Shown here: in pieces, positions 43,423 through 53,168 of the stretch | Numbering within the stretch: the first letter of the stretch is position 1 | How the letters are laid out: each line of letters opens with the position of its first letter | Source: Candidatus Sericytochromatia bacterium | GTDB lineage: Bacteria > Cyanobacteriota > Sericytochromatia > S15B-MN24 > JAQBPE01 | NCBI GenBank assembly: GCA_035285325.1 | Contig: JAYKJB010000021.1 | Coordinates: 18,549-82,548, forward strand | DNA length: 64,000 nt | Direction of reading: 5' to 3' | The notes under the pieces: generated by a model | The model's database searches: none | What the model was told of the DNA's origin: nothing | The model's input: the letters and a program-made list of their open reading frames with translations, nothing else | Made by a program: the position numbers and the translations under genes

Positions 43423-45237
43423 ATGCGGCGTATGCTTGCAACCGCCACCCCGGACCACCTGGAGGGCCACGCCGCGCCCCCCCCTCTCCCCTTGGCCACG
43501 CCCGCCGAAACCGTGCGACTCCTGGTGGGCTTGCTGCCTCAGCATGTCGCTGCATTGACCCTGGCGGCGCTGTTCGTCGTGCTCGGAACGCTCACGACCG
43601 CCGCCCTGGTGCCGCTGGCGAGGGCGGGTGCCACGGCGTTTGGCCAGCTGAGCTGGCAGAGTCTGAATGGACTGGTGGCGGGATTGATCGGCCTGTTCGC
43701 CTTGCGAAGCCTGTGCCAATTCGTTCAGAGCATCCTCGCCCACCACGTGGCACTGGCGGTCACGAGCGCGCTGCGCGAGCGGGTGACCGCTCACCTGCTG
43801 GAACTGGAGATGAGGGCCTTCCAGCGGATCCGCCCGTCGGATGTGACCACCCGCCTGACGGATGATCTGGAGCAGGTTCGGGACGCCCTGGCCGCCGTTC
43901 TCGCGGAGGTCATTCCCAGTGTGCTGGTGATTGCCTATGCCATCGGCACCGTCACCTGGATGAATTGGCGTCTCGCCCTCGCCTCCCTGCTAGGCGCTCC
44001 GCTTGTCAGTCTGGCCATCGCGCGCTTCGGCAGCCGCCTGCACCACCTCGCAGCGGCAGGGCAGGCGCGCCAGGCTGCCCTGGCCGTCGAGACCCAGGAG
44101 GCCCTACAACAGCTCCCCTTGATCCGGGTGTTCGGACACGAAGGCCAGCGGGTGCTGCGTCTGGCCAGCGCCAGCCAGGCCCATCGGCGAGCCCTCTGGC
44201 GAAAGGCCCTGGTCCTGGCCGCACAGTCTCCGACGATCGCCATTCTGCAAACCAGCGCCCTCGCGGCCGTGCTCTGGGTCGGCGGGAGGGAAATCCTTCA
44301 CGGCCGGCTTGAGCCGGCCGACCTGCTGGCCTTCGCCGCGGCCATCGGCATCGCCGTGGACCCCACCTTGGCCCTGAGCCAAACCTGGAGCCGGGTGCAG
44401 ATGGCACTGGCCAGCGCTCGCCGCGTGGCAGCGCTGCAGACGTGGGGGCCCACCATGGCCTGGCCTGAACATTCGGGGCCGACGCTCAACCTCGCGGGAG
44501 ATCTGACATGCCATCACGTCAGTGTGACGGACAGCGCTCCTCGCCCGATTCTTCAGGACATCTCCCTGCGGGTGCGGCCAGGGGAATGTCTCGTCATCAC
44601 GGGACCCTCCGGTGCTGGCAAAAGCACCCTGGCCGCCTTGCTGGTGCGCCTGTGTGACCCGAGCACGGGCGAGGTTCGTCTGGGTTCGCTGGCCCTGAGC
44701 GCGCACGCCCGCGAAGATCTGCGCCGGGCGATCGCCTACGTCCCTCAAGCGCCCACCTTGCTGGCCGGCAGCGTGGCGGAAAACCTTCGCCTGGGCAAGC
44801 CAGAAGCAGACCTGCCGAGTTTGCGGGCCGCCTGTCGCATCGCGCAGATCGACGACTTCATCGACACCCTTCCACATGGCTATGAAACCCGTGTCGGGGA
44901 GGGAGGCCTGCCCCTTTCAGGGGGACAAGTTCAGCGCCTCGCGCTGGCCCGTGCGCAGCTCGTTCAACCGCGAATCTGGGTGCTGGATGAGGCCACCTCT
45001 GCGCTGGACCCCCAGCTGACGACCCGCCTGCTCGACGCCCTGCTGGCTCAGCGGGACTGTATGTGGGTGTTGGTCTCGCATCAGCCAGAGGTCGTCTGGC
45101 GCGCCGATCAGGTCGCGGTGCTGGAGCAAGGCAAGCTGGTTCAACTGGGGCCCCCGAGAAACCTGGTGGATCAGCCAGGCCTGTTTTCCGAGCTCTACCG
45201 CCCATCTCAATTCAAGGATACACAAAGGATGAATTAA
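43423..45237 (+). CDS. ABC transporter, fused permease/ATPase (MsbA-like exporter)
   Basis: Six N-terminal TM helices. Walker A 'GPSGAGKST', signature 'LSGGQVQRLALARA' and Walker B 'VLDEATSALD'. Confidence 0.85.
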   Translation: MRRMLATATPDHLEGHAAPPPLPLATPAETVRLLVGLLPQHVAALTLAALFVVLGTLTTAALVPLARAGATAFGQLSWQSLNGLVAGLIGLFALRSLCQFVQSILAHHVALAVTSALRERVTAHLLELEMRAFQRIRPSDVTTRLTDDLEQVRDALAAVLAEVIPSVLVIAYAIGTVTWMNWRLALASLLGAPLVSLAIARFGSRLHHLAAAGQARQAALAVETQEALQQLPLIRVFGHEGQRVLRLASASQAHRRALWRKALVLAAQSPTIAILQTSALAAVLWVGGREILHGRLEPADLLAFAAAIGIAVDPTLALSQTWSRVQMALASARRVAALQTWGPTMAWPEHSGPTLNLAGDLTCHHVSVTDSAPRPILQDISLRVRPGECLVITGPSGAGKSTLAALLVRLCDPSTGEVRLGSLALSAHAREDLRRAIAYVPQAPTLLAGSVAENLRLGKPEADLPSLRAACRIAQIDDFIDTLPHGYETRVGEGGLPLSGGQVQRLALARAQLVQPRIWVLDEATSALDPQLTTRLLDALLAQRDCMWVLVSHQPEVVWRADQVAVLEQGKLVQLGPPRNLVDQPGLFSELYRPSQFKDTQRMN

Positions 45238-45317
45238 GAGATGGTTAATTCTTGTTCCTTGTGATACATTCAAGGGGTTGGGAAGTGGGTACCTCGCGCG
45301 GTTTTGGAGTCCGTGGC

Positions 45318-45545
45318 ATGACGCTGCAATCCCCTTACAAACCTGGTGACCTCGTCAGATTGGTCTCTGAGCCCAGACAATCACAGCTCTCACGCTTGAT
45401 CGGGCAACCCAGCATCGTGACCGGCGTCGATGATACCTACCAGCCGCCGCGCTTCATCGTGGCAGTATTTGACCCTGCCACGCGCGACCTGGAGAGGATT
45501 CGCTGCCGCCGGGAAGACCTAGAAGCCATCAAGGTCTCCCGTTGA
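45318..45545 (+). CDS. Small hypothetical protein of about 75 aa
   Basis: ATG at 45318 (MTLQSPYKPGDLVRLV…), preceded by a locally AT-rich leader. It may be an SH3/KOW-like small beta protein. Confidence 0.4.
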   Translation: MTLQSPYKPGDLVRLVSEPRQSQLSRLIGQPSIVTGVDDTYQPPRFIVAVFDPATRDLERIRCRREDLEAIKVSR

Positions 45546-45906
45546 GCCCTTCCTCCGGGCGACCTCCCGCCCGGGGAGACCTGGCCTCGGCTGGCAGAGG
45601 GCGTTTGAAAAAACACAGGGTGGTCCGGGCCTGTGGCTCATAGGTGACACTCACCAGTTCCCAGCCGAGCAGGCCCAGCAGGCGAAGGTCCTGGTCACTG
45701 TCACCGAAGACGACCACGCGATTGTAGTCGACCACCTTGTATTCCCAGCGCGTGACGCTGGGAACGAGCGGTGCGACGGAAGGAGGAGAGGGAGCTGCCT
45801 GGCCCTCCCCGGCCGAGGCGAGCCAGGCAGACAGGCCGATCATCAGCCCCAGGGTGAGACGATGGGTCGACGGCGCGTGGTCGCGCCTGTGGTCATTCTT
45901 CCTCAT
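45529..45906 (-). CDS. Secreted DUF4177-like small protein
   Basis: A signal peptide is followed by 'WEYKVVDYNRVVVFGDSDQDLRLLGLLGWELVSVT', matching the DUF4177 WEYK…GWEL pattern. The track ORF extends to 46128. Confidence 0.55.
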   Translation of the reverse strand: MRKNDHRRDHAPSTHRLTLGLMIGLSAWLASAGEGQAAPSPPSVAPLVPSVTRWEYKVVDYNRVVVFGDSDQDLRLLGLLGWELVSVTYEPQARTTLCFFKRPLPAEARSPRAGGRPEEGLNGRP

Positions 45907-47023
45907 GGCGGCAACGCGCCAGGTTTTCCTGGTACACGGATTCATCCGGCTGCAGATCCACGGCCTGGCGAAGTTGTTCCAGCGCCAGCTGGCGGTCCCC
46001 ATGCTCCAGATAGGCCATGCCCAAGTTGTTGTGAAACATGGCACGCTCCGGCACGCTGACCGTGGAGGAGTTGTCCGCCAGATACGACGCGAGCTTGAAC
46101 AGCTGGATGGCCCGTTCGTAGTTGCCATCGTGGTTGTATAGCGAGGCAGCTTGACTGTAGAGACCAGCCAACAGGCTGTCGTAAATGTTTTCGGGGATGT
46201 TCCGCAGAGCCGTCTCGATGGTATCCAGCGCCTTTTTACGCTTGCCGGCCAGCTCGTATGCCTGGCTCAGGTTGGTCAGCAAGCGAATGTGACAGACCAC
46301 ATCCGAGCTCTCATAGGCCAACCCCTCTTCCATCACCTCCACGGCGGCGTCGTAGTCCTCGAACGCGATAAGGATGTTGCCCATCTCGTTACACAGCTCG
46401 GCCAGCAAATTGACCATCGCATACTTGTCACACAAGGCGGCGGCTACCTCGAGTTCGCGCAAGGCGCGCAGGAACAGGTAGCGATCGCGCATGGCCAGCC
46501 CCCGCTCCCAGTGCAGCGCAATCTCCGCCCGGTCCGATGCGAACTCGGCGGCGATCGCCTCTTCACTCTCGTCAGGCAGCGCCTCCATGTAGTTGTAGCG
46601 CCGTTCGTCGTTTTCGAGCACCTGCAAAAAGGCAGACAGGTCACCATTCTGGCTCCGCCACAGGGCGGCCAGGGGCTCCGGCATCCGCGCGAGCGAGTGG
46701 TGCTCGTTGAGCAGGAAAGCAAACTCTCCTTCGGAGAAAAAGGCATCCAGCAGGCCCACCACCTCGCCATTGTGGAAGAGGTAAAACCAGCGTCGTTCCA
46801 ATGCCTGTTCGCCGCCCTCCAGGGTTTCCTCACCCGGCAGGGTGCCTTTCACCTCGACCAGGCTGAAGGGGTCGGGCAATTCCGCGGCAAAGGCGGCCGG
46901 GTCTCGCTCGCACGCTTCCCACAAATCTGCCAGGTCGTCAGGCAATACCGCGTCCAGGCCGGGATGCAGAGTCGCCACCACGCGGAGATCCCGCAGCAAC
47001 AAAAAAGACGCTTCTTGCTTCAC
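45893..47023 (-). CDS. TPR-repeat protein
   Basis: The C-terminal 200 aa contain canonical TPR units ('YDAAVEVMEEGLAY', 'LSQAYELAGKRKKALDTIETAL', 'LGMAYLEHGDRQLALEQLRQAVDLQPD'). Confidence 0.7.
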   Translation of the reverse strand: MKQEASFLLLRDLRVVATLHPGLDAVLPDDLADLWEACERDPAAFAAELPDPFSLVEVKGTLPGEETLEGGEQALERRWFYLFHNGEVVGLLDAFFSEGEFAFLLNEHHSLARMPEPLAALWRSQNGDLSAFLQVLENDERRYNYMEALPDESEEAIAAEFASDRAEIALHWERGLAMRDRYLFLRALRELEVAAALCDKYAMVNLLAELCNEMGNILIAFEDYDAAVEVMEEGLAYESSDVVCHIRLLTNLSQAYELAGKRKKALDTIETALRNIPENIYDSLLAGLYSQAASLYNHDGNYERAIQLFKLASYLADNSSTVSVPERAMFHNNLGMAYLEHGDRQLALEQLRQAVDLQPDESVYQENLARCRHEEE

Positions 47024-47244
47024 GCACCCTCGACTTCTGCCTGACCCCCATCATGATGCCCGATGCGGGCTTCGTTGCCAAGCCAGACGTGCCATTCCCC
47101 GGCCTGGCCGCCTCGATTAACGAAGGTTTCAACCAAACTTAGGTCGACCTTCACATGCGGGACGCAATTTCCCCGCCTCGCTGGCGATAGAAACCACAGG
47201 TGCGTCGGTCGCGCCCCGTGTGTCGAATGTGGAGGAAAACCCCC

Positions 47245-48270
47245 GTGCCTCGTTCCAAGCCTTGCTTCGTCCTGGTGGGGTTGTGTGTGGCGCTCAGCCT
47301 TTCGGCGTGTGGGCGGAAGCCCCCCGTCGCCACCGCGCCCATCACCCTGGCAGACGACACGAGGGTGGCGAGTGCCCCGGATAACCTCCAGGCCGCCCTG
47401 CCGAACGCGGTCCCCGGCGGAGAATTGGAGCTGCCCCCTGCAGACTTGGACGCCTCCTCCGGGAATCAGGTGGCCAGCAACGTCGTGGCCGCGGACGTGG
47501 CAAGCAACGCCATCGCCACTGACGTGCCCGGCATCGACCAGGTCGCTTCCGACACGGCCGCCAGTGCCGCTGAGGCCAAGCGCATTGCGGATGAAGCCGC
47601 CAAGGCCGAAGCTGTGAAGCGCGAAGCCGAGGCCAAGCGAAAGGCTGACGAGGAGGCCGCGGCGGCCGCCAAAAAGGCAGCGGAGGAGGCCGAGAAGCGC
47701 AAAGCCGAACAACAGGCAGCCATGACCCCCCGCTATAGCCGCGTCATTGGTGAAGGGGGGCTGTACGGGGCCCAGGCGCTCTGCATCTCCTCCGGCTCCA
47801 TTTACGTGGTCGACAATGCGCGGACCGGTTTGCTGGGCCCCTTTGCCGCCATTCGGAAGTATGACCTCGCCACGGGCGAATACGCCAAGTTGAGCTTCGA
47901 AAACCTGGGCCTGCTGGGGGTGAAAAACTTGCCCGTCGGCATCAAGGCCGTCAAGGTGGAGAACACCAAGGTGATCACCACGGATGGCACGACCCAGTGG
48001 ACCTTTGATGCGGGCGCCAACTTGCTGAAGTCAGAGCCGGGCTCCTTCGCGCCTCCTGCCAAGTTGACCTTGCCGGGCAAGACCGACAGCATCGTGATCA
48101 AGGACGGGGTGCTCCAACGGGTCGAGGCGGATGGGGACCTGGTGGTGACCTTCGGCCAGAAGGAAGTCAACAAAGCCACCGCGCTCGCATTGGACGAGGC
48201 TGGTAATCTCTATGTTTGCGATGCAGGCCCCAAAGCCCGTGTGGTGGTGTTCACCGCTCCCAAGGAGTGA
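47245..48270 (+). CDS. Lipoprotein with Ala/Glu/Lys-rich coiled-coil region and C-terminal NHL-like repeats
   Basis: The GTG at 47245 follows a GGAGGA RBS. Lipobox 'ALSLSAC'. The 'AEAKRKADEEAAAAAKKAAEEAEKRKAEQQ' stretch is followed by NHL-like repeats ('LDEAGNLYVCDAGPKARVVVF'). Confidence 0.6.
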   Translation: MPRSKPCFVLVGLCVALSLSACGRKPPVATAPITLADDTRVASAPDNLQAALPNAVPGGELELPPADLDASSGNQVASNVVAADVASNAIATDVPGIDQVASDTAASAAEAKRIADEAAKAEAVKREAEAKRKADEEAAAAAKKAAEEAEKRKAEQQAAMTPRYSRVIGEGGLYGAQALCISSGSIYVVDNARTGLLGPFAAIRKYDLATGEYAKLSFENLGLLGVKNLPVGIKAVKVENTKVITTDGTTQWTFDAGANLLKSEPGSFAPPAKLTLPGKTDSIVIKDGVLQRVEADGDLVVTFGQKEVNKATALALDEAGNLYVCDAGPKARVVVFTAPKE

Positions 48271-48311
48271 CGCGCGCGAGGTTCGAACCGCCGTGCGCGA
48301 CCACGTGACCC

Positions 48312-49031
48312 TCATTTTCCGGTCAGGCGGATCAGCAAAAGGCTGAATTCAAACAGCCCGTAGAGGGCCACAGCGAGCGCCAGTTGACTGAAAATGTCCA
48401 CCGATGGGGTCAGCAGGGCTGCCAAGACGAAGGCCGTGACAAAGGCCGAGCGACGCTGAGTGGCCAGGGAATAACTGGTTACAACCCCCAGCACCGAGGC
48501 AGCCAGCAGGAATAGCGGCAACTCGAACGCCAGGCCGGTGGCGAACAGCAGGCCCCCGGAGAATCCCAGATACTGCCCGATGGCCAGCATCGGCTTCACC
48601 TCTGGCGGCGCAAAGCCCACCAGGAACTGCAACCCGGTCGGCAACAGCAGGGCGTAGGCGAAGGCCATTCCCAGACTGAACAACGCAAAGGCACCGATCA
48701 CCGTGGGGATGGCCAGGCGTCGCTCCGTTGGCAGCAAACCAGGCCCCACAAAGGCCAGTATTTGGTAGAGCAGAACCGGCAGCGCCAGATACAAGCCGCC
48801 CAGCAAGGACAGCTTCATCACGGCCATGAAGTACTCGCCAGGCCCCGTAAAGATCAGCACGACGTCCAGGGGTGGGAACCCCATGGGGCCCGTGGGCACG
48901 TGCAAGGGGCGCTCGAGGAAACGGACCACAGGGGCGTGGTTGACGAACACCGCCACGGCCATGACCAGCACCGCCAACAGCGCCTTGAAGATACGCCAGC
49001 GCATCTCCTCCAAATGGTCGAATACGCTCAT
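48312..49031 (-). CDS. tatC: Twin-arginine translocase subunit TatC
   Basis: 'FDHLEEMRWRIFKALLAVLVMAV' matches the HLxELRxR motif and the protein has six TM helices. The track ORF extends to 49133. Confidence 0.85.
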   Translation of the reverse strand: MSVFDHLEEMRWRIFKALLAVLVMAVAVFVNHAPVVRFLERPLHVPTGPMGFPPLDVVLIFTGPGEYFMAVMKLSLLGGLYLALPVLLYQILAFVGPGLLPTERRLAIPTVIGAFALFSLGMAFAYALLLPTGLQFLVGFAPPEVKPMLAIGQYLGFSGGLLFATGLAFELPLFLLAASVLGVVTSYSLATQRRSAFVTAFVLAALLTPSVDIFSQLALAVALYGLFEFSLLLIRLTGK

Positions 49032-49154
49032 CTCGGGCCCCTCGTCCCCGGTCGGCAAGGGCGAGGGCGCCAAAAGGGAGGGCTTCTCCTCGGAGGAGAA
49101 GCCCTGGCCGGCCTGATGCATTTCCGTGTTCAATACCCGGCGCTCCCGAAGTCT

Positions 49155-49727
49155 TCAGGTGGTCACCGCGTCGATCATCCCGTAGTGACCATCTCGGCGA
49201 TGGTACACGATGGAGACCTTGCCGTGGTCCGGATGCTGGAACACGAAGAAGTCGTGACCGAGCATTTCCATCTCGAGAACAGCCTCTTCGGGTTGCATCG
49301 GCTTGATTTGAAAGGTCTTGTTCCGGACGATCTGGGGGCTCTCGCTCTCAGATTCGAAGTCCTCCGGCGACACCACCGTGACCGGCTCCAGTTCGAGCAC
49401 GCCCGCGCTGGTGCGCGTCCGCTCGATCTTGCCCCCGTGCGTTTTCTTGAATCGCGAAATCTGGCGTTCCAGCTTGTCCGTGACCAGATCGATGGCCGCG
49501 TACATGTTGTCCTTGGCCTCTTCCGCTCGGATCACACCGCCTCGCAGGTGCAGCGTCACTTGGACAATCTGGTTGTTGGCGACGCGCTTGTTCTTGATCA
49601 CATTCAGTTCGACCTGGGCATCGATGATCCCATCGAAATACTTCCCGACGCGACTGACCTTCTGCTGCGCATACTCGCGCAAAGACTCGGTCACGTCCAA
49701 GTTTTTGCCCTTGATAACCAGATCCAT
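49155..49727 (-). CDS. hpf: Ribosome hibernation-promoting factor, long form
   Basis: 'MDLVIKGKNLDVTESLREYAQQKVSRVGKYF…' belongs to the RaiA/HPF family. The C-terminal dimerisation domain is present. Confidence 0.9.
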   Translation of the reverse strand: MDLVIKGKNLDVTESLREYAQQKVSRVGKYFDGIIDAQVELNVIKNKRVANNQIVQVTLHLRGGVIRAEEAKDNMYAAIDLVTDKLERQISRFKKTHGGKIERTRTSAGVLELEPVTVVSPEDFESESESPQIVRNKTFQIKPMQPEEAVLEMEMLGHDFFVFQHPDHGKVSIVYHRRDGHYGMIDAVTT

Positions 49728-49796
49728 CGCGACACCTCTTCCACAATCAAGTAGCGGGGAGATTCGAACGAGCGAACACACCCCTCGGGCGCTCTC

Positions 49797-49824
49797 ATTA
49801 TATCCCCGCCGCGGGCGAATGCAA
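49797..49824 (-). promoter_or_regulatory. Near-consensus sigma70 promoter for hpf (TTGCAT, 16 nt, TATAAT) on the minus strand
   Basis: The reverse complement shows TTGCAT (plus-strand 49819-49824) and TATAAT (plus-strand 49797-49802), about 70 nt upstream of the hpf ATG. Confidence 0.5.
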
Positions 49825-49853
49825 CGGGGACGAGCGTCCTTGCTGATGGCGGT

Positions 49854-50795
49854 TCACTCCGGATCGCCCCCGTCGGCGAGTTGGGGCCCTCCTGCCGTCT
49901 GATAAAGCTTGTGAAGCTGCTTCAGGCGATGATTGACCGCCGACTTGCTGAGCGGCGGGGTGAAGCGATCGCCCAATTCGATCAAGCTCGCGTAGGGGGC
50001 ATCAAGCCTGGCCTGAGCGACCAGCTGGCAGTCTTCGGGCAGGCTGTCGAGCAGACGATGCGCCTTCAGCCAGGCAATCTCAGCCACCTGACGCTGGGAG
50101 GAAGTCAGCGTTCGGTTGAGATTGGCCGTCTCGCAGTTCACGACGCGCTGAACGCTGTTGACCAGATCCTTGCCAACCCGGACCTCCTCCCAGCGCATCA
50201 GGGCCTGATGCGCCCCCAGCGCCGTCAGGAATGCCGCGATGCCGTTTCCATCCTTGACGTAGACGGTCCAGACTTCCGAATGGGGAGCCCTCTGATAGAC
50301 CTTGGAGGCCACCTCCTCACGCGCCAGCAGGTCCTGAATCCAGAGGGCCACGTCCTCCGTGGTGTTGAACTCCAGGTGGTAAGCCTTGGTCGGCGCCACC
50401 AGCGACCCCCCCGCCATGAAGGCGCCTCGTAGAAAAGAGCGCCGACAGCAGGTTTTGCGGGCGATCGCGTCGCACAATTGCTCGACCGTCAGGGTGGCAG
50501 GCAACATGCCGTGAGCGCCGATCGGGATGGCCACGCGGTAGCTGGAGGGTCGCTTGCCCTGCTCGCGGCGCGCCTCGACCACGGGGCGGGTCGCGTACAA
50601 GGATTTGCCGATACGAAACAGGTGGCGGGCGATCGCGGCGTTGTCCAGATTGAAGATGAAATGGGGCTGGCCGCCCAAAGAGGCCGCTTCCGAGCCGGAA
50701 ACCACCGCAAACGCGAGCAAGTGGGCCTGCTGGCAGCAGGTCTTTTCCAGCGGCATCTGGGTCAACTGATTGCGCACATCTCGCGAGAACGACAC
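49854..50795 (-). CDS. whiA: Sporulation/cell-division transcription regulator WhiA
   Basis: 'RDVRNQLTQMPLEKTCCQQAHLLAF' is the WhiA N-terminus. A degenerate LAGLIDADG-like domain and a C-terminal HTH are present. The gene order rapZ-yvcK-whiA is conserved. Confidence 0.85.
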   Translation of the reverse strand: MSFSRDVRNQLTQMPLEKTCCQQAHLLAFAVVSGSEAASLGGQPHFIFNLDNAAIARHLFRIGKSLYATRPVVEARREQGKRPSSYRVAIPIGAHGMLPATLTVEQLCDAIARKTCCRRSFLRGAFMAGGSLVAPTKAYHLEFNTTEDVALWIQDLLAREEVASKVYQRAPHSEVWTVYVKDGNGIAAFLTALGAHQALMRWEEVRVGKDLVNSVQRVVNCETANLNRTLTSSQRQVAEIAWLKAHRLLDSLPEDCQLVAQARLDAPYASLIELGDRFTPPLSKSAVNHRLKQLHKLYQTAGGPQLADGGDPE

Positions 50796-50799
50796 GTTC

Positions 50800-52098
50800 T
50801 CAGGCTCCGCGGGGTGCCGGGGAGACAGCCCCCGGAAGGCGCTGGTCCTGCTTTCGTTCCGCCGGCCGGAGCGATTCCCACCACGTCATCACCGCAGAGG
50901 CCAGCAGATCCGGGTGATGACGCACCGCATCGGCCTCGTCAAGCAATGCCCCGCGCACCGGCGTCACCCCCAACGCTTTCAGCGCTTCCCAATCCAGCAC
51001 GACCGGGTACTGCCCTTGCGCCTCATAGCGTTCCCGCAAGCGACGTGGCAGGTCGTCATTGACCAGCACGTGCTGCACCAGCCCCTCTCCCCCGTATCGC
51101 GACAGCACTCGGAGGTGGTCCGCGGCCGTGAATCCATCCGTTTCCCCGGGCTGGGTCATCACATTGCAGATGTAAATCTTAGGGGCCCGACTGGCCTGGA
51201 TGGCCGCTCGAATTTCAGGCACCAGCAGGTTCGGGACCAAGCTGGTATAGAGAGAACCAGGCCCTATCACGATCGCATCCGCTTCCTCGATCGCGCGAAT
51301 GGCCGCCGGCACGGCCCGAGGCGCCGCAGGAACGGACCACATGTCAGTCAATTTCTTCCGCCAGGCGGTGATGTTCGACTCGCCCTCCACCACGGTCCCA
51401 TCCTCAAAACGCGCGTACAGAGTCATCGACTCGGCGGTGGCAGGCACCACCGTTCCCCGCACGGCCAGAATCTGGCAGGCCGCCTCGATGGCCCGCAGCG
51501 GGTCCCCCGAAACGCCGATCACGGCCGCCAGGAACAAATTGCCGAACGCGTGTCCCCCCAGACCTCGTTCGCCCGGAAAGCGAAAGTTGAACAGGTCTGT
51601 CAGCAAGCGTTCCTCGCCAGCCAGGGCCGACAAGCAGTTGCGAATGTCACCCGGTGGCAAAACCCCCAGTTCCTGTCTCAAGCGGCCACTGCTGCCCCCG
51701 TCATCCGCCACGGTCACGATCGCCGTGATGTTGTCGGAATACCCCTTCAGGCCACGCAGCAAGGTGGCCAGCCCCGTTCCGCCGCCGATCGCGACGAGGC
51801 GCGGGCCACGCTTGCGGGTGCGGTTGGCATACACCGCATCGACGAGTTGGGCCCCAGGCTTCAAGACATCCACCGTGAGGGCAATCAAGCGTTGCAAGGC
51901 CAAGATCAGCGCCCCGACGCCCACGAGCAGCAACAACAGGGCCCAGTGCGTCAGCCCAGGACCGGGGCGCAGCCAGTCGTAGACGGCGCAGGCCACCGCC
52001 AGGTTGATGGCGATCACGCCAGCAATCAGCAAGGACAACCATCTCTTGACCCGCATCCCAGGCAGCGCCCAGGTGCGAATCTCCCTCCAAGTCGCCAC
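50800..52098 (-). CDS. yvcK: YvcK/CofD-family gluconeogenesis-factor-like protein with N-terminal membrane anchor
   Basis: 'LVAIGGGTGLATLLRGLK' is the UPF0052/CofD signature. The core is preceded by about 100 aa with two hydrophobic TM-like stretches. Confidence 0.8.
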   Translation of the reverse strand: MATWREIRTWALPGMRVKRWLSLLIAGVIAINLAVACAVYDWLRPGPGLTHWALLLLLVGVGALILALQRLIALTVDVLKPGAQLVDAVYANRTRKRGPRLVAIGGGTGLATLLRGLKGYSDNITAIVTVADDGGSSGRLRQELGVLPPGDIRNCLSALAGEERLLTDLFNFRFPGERGLGGHAFGNLFLAAVIGVSGDPLRAIEAACQILAVRGTVVPATAESMTLYARFEDGTVVEGESNITAWRKKLTDMWSVPAAPRAVPAAIRAIEEADAIVIGPGSLYTSLVPNLLVPEIRAAIQASRAPKIYICNVMTQPGETDGFTAADHLRVLSRYGGEGLVQHVLVNDDLPRRLRERYEAQGQYPVVLDWEALKALGVTPVRGALLDEADAVRHHPDLLASAVMTWWESLRPAERKQDQRLPGAVSPAPRGA

Positions 52099-52106
52099 GG
52101 CAGGGC

Positions 52107-53030
52107 CTACTGCGGGCGAGGAGGCGCGTCGCTCCCGTCTTTGGGGCGGACCGCATAGTATTCAGGTTGGCGATTCACATCCCGATGATTTTCGACCACC
52201 CGATACCCATCCCCACGCAGGTGATGGACCAGATGCTGGGTGATGGCGACGCTGCGATGGCGGCCCCCGGTACAACCGATGCCGAGCGAGAGGTGAGTCT
52301 TTCCCTCCGTGAGGTAATGGGGAAGTAGGAAGTCCAGCAGTTCCACAAACCGCCCCAGAAACTCCTTGGTGACGGGATGCTCCAGCACAAACTGCTGAAC
52401 CGGGGCATCCAACCCGGTGAAGGGCCTGAGTTCGTCGTCATAGTGGGGGTTGGGCAGGAAGCGAACGTCAAAGACGAGGTCGGCATCAAGCGGCGGGCCG
52501 AACTTGTAGCCGAAGCTTTGCACCGTGATTTGCATGCTCGAGGCGCGTTGCTCTTCCTGAATAAACAGGGAGAGCAACTTGTCCTTCAACTGCCGTGGCG
52601 AGAGCTCCGTGGTATCGATGATCGCCTGCGCCTCGGCGCGAATGGCCGTGAGGCGTTCGCGCTCACGCCGGATGCTCCCGAGCAACGAGGTCTCCTCGCC
52701 CAGCATGGGATGGCGTCGGCGGGTTTCACTGAAGCGCTTGACCAGCGCCTCTTCCGCTGCCTCCAGGAAGATGACCCGCACCTGGTAGCCCGCTTCGAAG
52801 GCCGTGCGGAGATTGGCCGCCACGGAGTCGAAAAAGACACCGCCCCGCGTATCCATCACCACAGCCACCTGTCCGAAGCGTGGCAAGGTCAATTCCACAA
52901 ACTGGGGCAACAGGGGCGGAATCAGATTGTCGACGCAAAAGTAGCCCAGATCCTCAAAACATCGCAGCGCACGGGTTTTCCCAGCGCCCGACAGGCCCGT
53001 GATGATCAGGATCTGCTGTGAAGGGTCCAC
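52107..53030 (-). CDS. rapZ: RNase adapter / P-loop ATPase RapZ (YvcJ)
   Basis: 'ILIITGLSGAGKTRALRCFEDLGYFCVDNLIPPLL' is the RapZ N-terminus. The GTG start at 53030 was chosen, and the track ORF extends to 53507. Confidence 0.85.
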   Translation of the reverse strand: MDPSQQILIITGLSGAGKTRALRCFEDLGYFCVDNLIPPLLPQFVELTLPRFGQVAVVMDTRGGVFFDSVAANLRTAFEAGYQVRVIFLEAAEEALVKRFSETRRRHPMLGEETSLLGSIRRERERLTAIRAEAQAIIDTTELSPRQLKDKLLSLFIQEEQRASSMQITVQSFGYKFGPPLDADLVFDVRFLPNPHYDDELRPFTGLDAPVQQFVLEHPVTKEFLGRFVELLDFLLPHYLTEGKTHLSLGIGCTGGRHRSVAITQHLVHHLRGDGYRVVENHRDVNRQPEYYAVRPKDGSDAPPRPQ

Positions 53031-53168
53031 GCCAGCTACCCCGTTTCCCCAACACCCGTTGGCATCGACGACCACCGCGATGCGAGGCGGGCCCCCCCGA
53101 GTCCTATGATATCTTGAGGCTGTTCGAGCGACAAGAATGGCGCAGGATGCGCCGGCGGAGACTTTGAA

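Noticed and set aside
53031-53168. The divergent intergenic region between rapZ and the HAD gene as a specific regulatory element (TATGATATC -10-like box).
   Set aside because: Only a single weak -10-like hexamer and no convincing -35 were seen. It is mentioned but not called.
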